Assembly: GCA_963665255.1 (NCBI GenBank)
Contig: OY762210.1
Span: 130,866 to 194,865 of the forward strand
Direction of reading: 5' to 3'
Length of the DNA: 64,000 nt
Origin: Dehalococcoidia bacterium
GTDB lineage: Bacteria > Chloroflexota > Dehalococcoidia > Lucifugimonadales > UBA1123
Below are positions 58,751 through 64,000 of this stretch, one piece after another; the stretch's first letter is position 1, and each line of letters opens with the position of its first letter. Made by a program: the position numbers and the translations under genes. Below the pieces are notes generated by a model that was given only the letters and a program-made list of their open reading frames with translations, was not told the DNA's origin and searched no databases.

Positions 58751-61276
58751 CTACAGCAGCTTGGGTGTGGTGCCGTTTGTGCTTCCGTTGCGGCTTCCGT
58801 TGGTGGATGCCTTGTCGTCGTCGTCAGAGAGGTTCAAGGCGCTGACGCAGCTGATCGAGGCGACGGCATCGCCCTTGGCAGGCTTGAAGATCGTCACGCC
58901 CTGAGTGGCGCGGCCCATGCTTCGTATCTCGGAGAGACTCGTCCTGAGCACCTGTGCCTGCTCGGATACGACGTAGATCTCCGTGCTGTCATCTATGATC
59001 TGCGCGTCTGCAACCGGCCCGGTCTTGGACCTGATGTTGAACGTCTTGACTCCCTTGCCGCCCCTGTCTGTGACCCTGTACTTGTCGAGCGAGGTGATCT
59101 TGCCGTAGCCCAGCTTGCTTATGACCAGCAGACGGGCCTCAGGGGTACCTACGTCCATTGAGACGATCCTGTCGCGGGCTTCGATGCGCATTCCCCGGAC
59201 GCCTCGCGCGCCCCGCTGCTGAGGTCGGACCTTGGACATCTGGAACCTTATGGACATGCCCTTCTCTGTAACCATGACGATGTCTTCGTCTGCGCCTGCG
59301 GGACGTACCGAGACGAGTTCATCGCCGGTGACGAGGCCCATGATAATCAGGCCCGATGGGCGGACGTTGTCCACCGAGCTGAGCGCCGTCCTCTTGATGC
59401 GTCCCTGTGATGTGGCCAGCACCAGGTAGCGGTCGTCGGTATCGAGGTCCTGTGGCGACACGCCGATTACCGCGCTGATGGTCTCGGTATCGGTCATGGC
59501 AATGACGTTCATCAGCGGCACTCCCCGCGAGTTGCGCGACGTGTCTGCGCGCAGCTCGTAGGCGGTCATCGAGTACACCTTGCCCTTGTTGGTGAAGAAC
59601 AGCAGCTTATCGTGGGTGTCGACGACGAGCAGGTGCTTGACCGCGTCGTCGTCGCGGGTGGTCATACCGCCCACGCCCTTGCCGCCCCTGTGCTGGTTGC
59701 GGTAGGTGCTGGCCGGGATTCGCTTGATGTACCCGGCCTGGCTCAGGGTGACGACGATCTGCTCGTGCGGCTCCAGTAACTCGCGAGAGAGGTCGGAAGC
59801 CTCGTGGCTGATGTCGGTCCGGCGGTCATCGCCGTGCTTCTTCTTGAGTTCGCGGAGCTCCTTCTTGACCTCGTTGAGCATCTTGTGGTCAGAAGCGAGA
59901 AGCTCTTCCATCCCGCGGATGGCTGTCTGAAGCTCGTTGTACTCGTTTTCGATCTGCTGGCGCTCGAGGGCTGCCAGACGTCGAAGCTGCATGTCCAGGA
60001 TCGCCTGGGCCTGGTCGTCGTCGAGACCGAACCGGGTGATCAGCTGCTGCTTGGCATCCTGTGCGCTGTCAGCGTTGCGGATGAGTGCGATCACGGCGTC
60101 CAGGTTGCTGATGGCGATTCTGAGTCCGGCGAGGATGTGGGCGCGCTGCTGAGCCTTGGCAAGCTCGAACTCGGTCCTACGGCGGATTACCTCGCGCCTG
60201 AACTCCAGGAACTGCTGGAGCGCCTGTCTGAGCGTGAACACTCTCGGCATACCGTCGATGAGGGCAAGCATGTTTGCAGAGAACGAGTTCTGCATGGCCG
60301 TGAACTTGTACAGGTTGTTGAGCACGACCATCGGCTGCACGCCGGCTCGAAGCTCGAACACGATGCGCATTCCCTCGCGGTCAGACTCGTCGCGGAGGTC
60401 GGAGATGCCCTCGATCTTGCGGCTCTTGACCAGCCCGGCGACCTTCTCAACCAGGGCGGCCTTGTTGACCTGATATGGGAGCTCGTTGACCACGATCTGC
60501 ATCCGGCTGGAGCGGCGCATGGGCTCGATCTCGGCCTTTGCGCGCACTATGACCTGGCCGCGGCCGGTGGCGTAGGCCTCACGTATGCCTGATGTGCCCA
60601 TGATCGTGCCGCCCGTCGGGAAGTCAGGTCCCTTGACGAACTGCATGAGGTCTTCGACCGAGGAGTTCGGATGGTCTGCCAGGTGGATCAGCGCGTCGCA
60701 TACCTCTACCAGGTTATGCGGCGGGATGTTCGTGGCCATACCGACCGCGATTCCCGAAGCACCGTTGACGAGCAGGTTCGGCAGCCTGGCCGGCAGGACT
60801 GTCGGCTCCCGGAGAGTGCCGTCGAAGTTCTCAGAGTAGTCGACCGTATCCTGGTCGATGTTGACGAGCATCTCCTCGGCGATGGCCGCCATGCGGGCCT
60901 CTGTGTACCGCATCGCCGCTGGCGGGTCGTTGTCGACGGAGCCGAAGTTGCCCTGGCCGTCGACAAGCGGAGCGCGCAGAGTGAACGGCTGCGCCATGCG
61001 TACCAGCGCGTCGTAGACCGCCGTTTCGCCGTGTGGGTGCCACTTACCGAGCACCTCGCCGACGAGTCGCGCGCTCTTCTTGTAGCCGGAGTTCGGCCTC
61101 ATGGCCAGGTCCTGCATCCCGTACAGGATGCGCCGCTGGACCGGCTTGAGTCCGTCGCGTATGTCCGGCAGCGCTCGCTGGACAATGACGCTCATGGCGT
61201 AGTCGAGATACGAGCTTCGCATCTCGTCGACGATCTGAGTCGGCTTGATGTATCCGAAATCGGTCTTAGTTACCAT
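58751..61276 (-). CDS. gyrA: DNA gyrase subunit A
   Basis: 841 aa. ...[37 protein letters not shown]...[19 protein letters not shown]... contains the active-site region, and C-terminal beta-pinwheel repeats follow. Confidence 0.97.
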   Translation of the reverse strand: MVTKTDFGYIKPTQIVDEMRSSYLDYAMSVIVQRALPDIRDGLKPVQRRILYGMQDLAMRPNSGYKKSARLVGEVLGKWHPHGETAVYDALVRMAQPFTLRAPLVDGQGNFGSVDNDPPAAMRYTEARMAAIAEEMLVNIDQDTVDYSENFDGTLREPTVLPARLPNLLVNGASGIAVGMATNIPPHNLVEVCDALIHLADHPNSSVEDLMQFVKGPDFPTGGTIMGTSGIREAYATGRGQVIVRAKAEIEPMRRSSRMQIVVNELPYQVNKAALVEKVAGLVKSRKIEGISDLRDESDREGMRIVFELRAGVQPMVVLNNLYKFTAMQNSFSANMLALIDGMPRVFTLRQALQQFLEFRREVIRRRTEFELAKAQQRAHILAGLRIAISNLDAVIALIRNADSAQDAKQQLITRFGLDDDQAQAILDMQLRRLAALERQQIENEYNELQTAIRGMEELLASDHKMLNEVKKELRELKKKHGDDRRTDISHEASDLSRELLEPHEQIVVTLSQAGYIKRIPASTYRNQHRGGKGVGGMTTRDDDAVKHLLVVDTHDKLLFFTNKGKVYSMTAYELRADTSRNSRGVPLMNVIAMTDTETISAVIGVSPQDLDTDDRYLVLATSQGRIKRTALSSVDNVRPSGLIIMGLVTGDELVSVRPAGADEDIVMVTEKGMSIRFQMSKVRPQQRGARGVRGMRIEARDRIVSMDVGTPEARLLVISKLGYGKITSLDKYRVTDRGGKGVKTFNIRSKTGPVADAQIIDDSTEIYVVSEQAQVLRTSLSEIRSMGRATQGVTIFKPAKGDAVASISCVSALNLSDDDDKASTNGSRNGSTNGTTPKLL

Positions 61277-61600
61277 GTTCTATACAAGCTCCTGGCAAGC
61301 GCGGCAGCTTAAAGCTGCACATTTGAATGTGCGGCACGCCCAACTCTGGAAGCGATTAACTGGCCTGAGCCGCTGCCCAAGGCTCGGGGCGCAATAGGGG
61401 CATAGGTTTACAGAGGACGAGAACCAAGTGTGGAAAGTAAGGCTTCACAGGGCTCCAGGACCTTGTCTGGAGCAGGAAATCTTATACGTTGATTTCAACT
61501 GGAGGCCGTACCACATCTGAACGTAATTATTATACCAAGTTTCAGACGTTTTCTTAACGTCATATGAAACTAAAATCCGGCGAATTCACACTTGGCGCAG

Positions 61601-62338
61601 CTAGAGCGCGGCGGCGAGACGCTCCACGGCACGCTCGACAAGCGACTGAAACAGCCGGTCGAAGTGTGGGGGGACCTCCATTCGCCTCTCAGGGTGGAAC
61701 TGCACGGCTATCACCCACCTGTGACGGGGGCTCTCAAGCGCCTCTATTAGGCCGTCTTCGAGTGAGTACGCCGACGCGAGCAGGTGCGGCGACTTCTGTG
61801 CCTCTCTGACGCCCTGGTGGTGGAGGCTGTTGACCCGCACGAATCCGCCTGAGCCGACGACCGCAGCCAGCTTGCTGCCGGGGGAGATGTAGATGTGGTG
61901 GTACGATGCCTCCCACTCGTTGTCTTCAAGTTCAGTGCCCGAGTGGCCGTCGAGGTGCTGTACCAGGCTGCCGCCCATCGCAACGTTGAGAAGCTGCATC
62001 CCGCGACAGATGCCGTATATGGGAAGGTCGTCGTCGAGGGCGGCGCGGGTGACGGACAGCTCCATCTCGTCACGCGCGCTGTCGAATGGCATGTAGTCGA
62101 TGTCTGAAGAGGGCTGCTCGCCGTACTGTCGCGGTTCGATGTCTTCGCCGCCGGTCAGGACGAGAGCGCCCGCGCGGTGGACGACCTCGGCCGGCGTGAC
62201 GCCAGCATCAGGTGTCAGCACCCACGGTTCGCCGCCGGAGCGCTCTACAGCGTCGACGTACTTCTGGAGGTGGGAATCGACTCTGCCCGCGGTTACCGCC
62301 ACGAGTGGGCGGTCGGCACCGCCAGCCCCGTTAACCAT
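61601..62338 (-). CDS. Class I glutamine amidotransferase / peptidase C26 (gamma-glutamyl hydrolase-like)
   Basis: 245 aa. ...PIYGICRGMQLLNVAMGG...VNSLHHQGV...AVQFHPE. Confidence 0.85.
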   Translation of the reverse strand: MVNGAGGADRPLVAVTAGRVDSHLQKYVDAVERSGGEPWVLTPDAGVTPAEVVHRAGALVLTGGEDIEPRQYGEQPSSDIDYMPFDSARDEMELSVTRAALDDDLPIYGICRGMQLLNVAMGGSLVQHLDGHSGTELEDNEWEASYHHIYISPGSKLAAVVGSGGFVRVNSLHHQGVREAQKSPHLLASAYSLEDGLIEALESPRHRWVIAVQFHPERRMEVPPHFDRLFQSLVERAVERLAAAL

Positions 62339-63113
62339 TGAAGTTGGGCGGACGCTTTTCCCTGAAGGCCAGCAGGGCCTCTTTGTGGGCGTCGGTGCCC
62401 ATGGCGGTCCTGAAGATCACGCCCTCGTCGGCCATCACCTTGTCCACGTCGTGCTCGAGGTAGTCCTGGTGGACGAGCTTCTTGACCTGCGAGAGCTGCC
62501 AGATCGGGTTGTCGGCTATCTCGGTGGCGAACTCCATCGCCTTATCAAGCAACTCGTCGTCGGGATAGACGTAGTTGACGAGTCCGGCGTTCAGCGCCTC
62601 GTCGGCTGGAATCAGGTTGCCCCGGAGCATGTACTCCAGGGTGCGTCCCAGACCAATCAGGTATGGGGCGTAGTGGGTAGAAGCGAACTCGGGGGTCAGT
62701 CCGACACGTACGAACCTGAACGACAGCCGGGCGCTCTCGGACGCTATGCGCATGTCGCAGGGCAGCGTACGGGTCAGACCCTCTCCGATGGCGACGCCGT
62801 TTATGGCGGCGATGATCGGCTTGGCTGCCTTGACCATCTCGTGCCAGGTGTCTTTCGCCTCGGGGACGACATCGTCGGTGCTCTCGCCATCGCGCCGCGC
62901 TTCGAAGCGTCCGATGTCGGCTCCGGCGCAGAAGCCTCTGCCGGCGCCAGTCCACACGATGGCTCCGACAGAGTCGTCAGCGTTCCACTCGGCAATCTGC
63001 TGACGGATCTCGTGGTTCATCTGCGGGTTCATGGCGTTGAGCCTGTCGGGCCGGTTCATGGTGATGACGCCGACGCGGCCCTTCACCTCGGTCAGGATCG
63101 TTTCGTGGGACAT
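62331..63113 (-). CDS. Enoyl-CoA hydratase/isomerase (crotonase) family protein
   Basis: ATG at 63113 gives MSHETILTEVKGRVGVITMNRPDRLNAMN...TGAGRGFCAGADI...PIIAAINGVAIGEG. The ORF track start at 63284 adds 57 unlikely residues. Confidence 0.9.
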   Translation of the reverse strand: MSHETILTEVKGRVGVITMNRPDRLNAMNPQMNHEIRQQIAEWNADDSVGAIVWTGAGRGFCAGADIGRFEARRDGESTDDVVPEAKDTWHEMVKAAKPIIAAINGVAIGEGLTRTLPCDMRIASESARLSFRFVRVGLTPEFASTHYAPYLIGLGRTLEYMLRGNLIPADEALNAGLVNYVYPDDELLDKAMEFATEIADNPIWQLSQVKKLVHQDYLEHDVDKVMADEGVIFRTAMGTDAHKEALLAFREKRPPNFNG

Positions 63114-63240
63114 CTCGGGACTCCTCGGGCAGAGTGTGCTGGAAGCTGGTCGCAGTCTCGACCGGAGTCTAATTCTACCTGAATTGGAGAGCGCGAGGGA
63201 TGTCCTGGAGGAGTGTGGGACCAAGTGCCCTCTGACGAGC

Positions 63241-63474
63241 TCAGGGCGAGGTGCGCATCCTGTTGTCGAGCAGACCTTCAACAAAGCCTTTCAGCTCTGA
63301 GACCCTGCTCTCAAGAGACCTCATTCGGCCATCAAGGTCACTGATCTGACCGTGAATACCCTGAATCTGTTGCTGAGTGTCGCGGTGGAGCTTCCAGATC
63401 AGTCCAGCCAACGCGATACCGACGCTGATGATCGTCAGCATGATGGAGACGTTGGCACCGAAGTCGATGGTCAT
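63241..63474 (-). CDS. Small membrane-anchored coiled-coil protein (hypothetical)
   Basis: MTIDFGANVSIMLTIISVGIALAGLIWKLH then heptad-like QQIQGIHGQISDLDGRMRSLESRVSELKGFVEGL. Start chosen at the internal ATG at 63474. Confidence 0.35.
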   Translation of the reverse strand: MTIDFGANVSIMLTIISVGIALAGLIWKLHRDTQQQIQGIHGQISDLDGRMRSLESRVSELKGFVEGLLDNRMRTSP

Positions 63475-63911
63475 TTTATGGGATTTCCTAGTTGTGTGGC
63501 GTACGACCGGCGTGGTTCTTGCTAGAATCTGTGTAGTTACGGATATCGTCCTGAATGCTGGCAATTAGCAGTATATTGCCGTATGAAGCAAGGTCTACGG
63601 CTACTATACCACGAAGATTCGGCATAAACCACCGATAGCGCGGCCTTACCTGCGGGTCTAACGCATGATATAGGCTCCTTCGCGAGTTACTGAACCCTTC
63701 AGAGGGTGCAACTTCCGTTTGACTGGAGCCTTGAACTGTATGAGGCTATGCTGGCACTATCGGATTCCTCAGGAAGTGGAGAAGATGAGTTGCCAGAGGA
63801 TTCAGTAGTGGATACCAAGGAGGCAGTGGTATTCGAGGGTCTGGCTCTGGTAGTCGTCGCAACTGTCCGAAACAAACCCACGCTGCATCTTGAAAGGTTT
63901 GGAGTGCCAGC

Positions 63912-64000
63912 ATGGCTATGAGCCGCCGAAATACTAAGGTCAGGGCCTGCAAGTTCTGGAACTGCCAGAAGCGTGTCAGGATCGGGCATACCTACTGCTA
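63912..64000 (+). CDS. Possible 5' end of a gene running off the window (Cys/His zinc-ribbon-like N-terminus)
   Basis: GGAG lies 7 nt upstream of the ATG at 63912. It reads MAMSRRNTKVRACKFWNCQKRVRIGHTYC.... Only 29 codons are visible and the next codon is incomplete. Confidence 0.2.
   Translation, partial: MAMSRRNTKVRACKFWNCQKRVRIGHTYC

Noticed and set aside
62100-63182. 360-aa plus-strand ORF spanning the GATase and enoyl-CoA hydratase genes.
   Set aside because: It is antisense to two genes with clear family motifs, and the ORF itself is low-complexity with no motif.
1-64000. Search for integrase, transposase, tRNA, rRNA or CRISPR features that would explain the islands.
   Set aside because: None was found by reading all listed ORFs and the intergenic regions. 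No GGTTCGAATCC-type T-arm, tyrosine or serine recombinase motif, or DDE transposase was seen. The islands are therefore described only by their repeats and composition.

Overview
High-GC bacterial chromosomal segment, probably from an uncultured organism. My guess is Chloroflexota-like, based on abundant Uma2 endonucleases and GTAGGGGCAGGTTT / CCTGAGCCTGTCGAAGG-type REP elements; this is inference only. About 60 genes can be supported. I saw no rRNA, tRNA, CRISPR array, integrase or transposase.

Housekeeping and metabolic genes: gyrA, an EtfB-EtfA fusion, a Liv-type ABC transporter, a TrkH/KtrB K+ transporter, an MFS and a CDF transporter, a TPP enzyme, an enoyl-CoA hydratase, an ECF sigma factor, and four tandem M28 lipoprotein aminopeptidases.

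Accessory modules between them:
1. 12983-20948: a sterol-tailoring cluster. It holds two ERG6-type sterol C-24 methyltransferases, a KshA/Neverland-type Rieske oxygenase, a GPP34(GOLPH3)-cytochrome P450 fusion and an MMPL/RND transporter. No squalene epoxidase or oxidosqualene cyclase is in the window.
2. 50807-53953: a ubiquitin-like conjugation operon (beta-grasp Ubl, E2-like, JAB-E1 fusion). It is divergently paired with an XRE/ImmA (CapH/CapP-like) regulator pair and sits in an AT-richer island with a HigBA module and an hsdM remnant.
3. 35692-38703: a solitary 1003-aa N6-adenine methyltransferase.
4. 57506-58733: a GHKL-ATPase/STAS-like pair wedged between gyrA and a second MMPL gene.
5. 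10359-12749: a 2.4-kb three-ORF insert bracketed by duplicated trkH 3' ends.
6. Five or six toxin-antitoxin modules.

Several dispersed palindromic repeat families are also present. Some lie inside coding regions, forming the Etf linker and supplying stop codons of three M28 genes.

Limits: all calls come from reading the translations and motifs. No searches were run, start codons are often uncertain, and GC statements are by eye.
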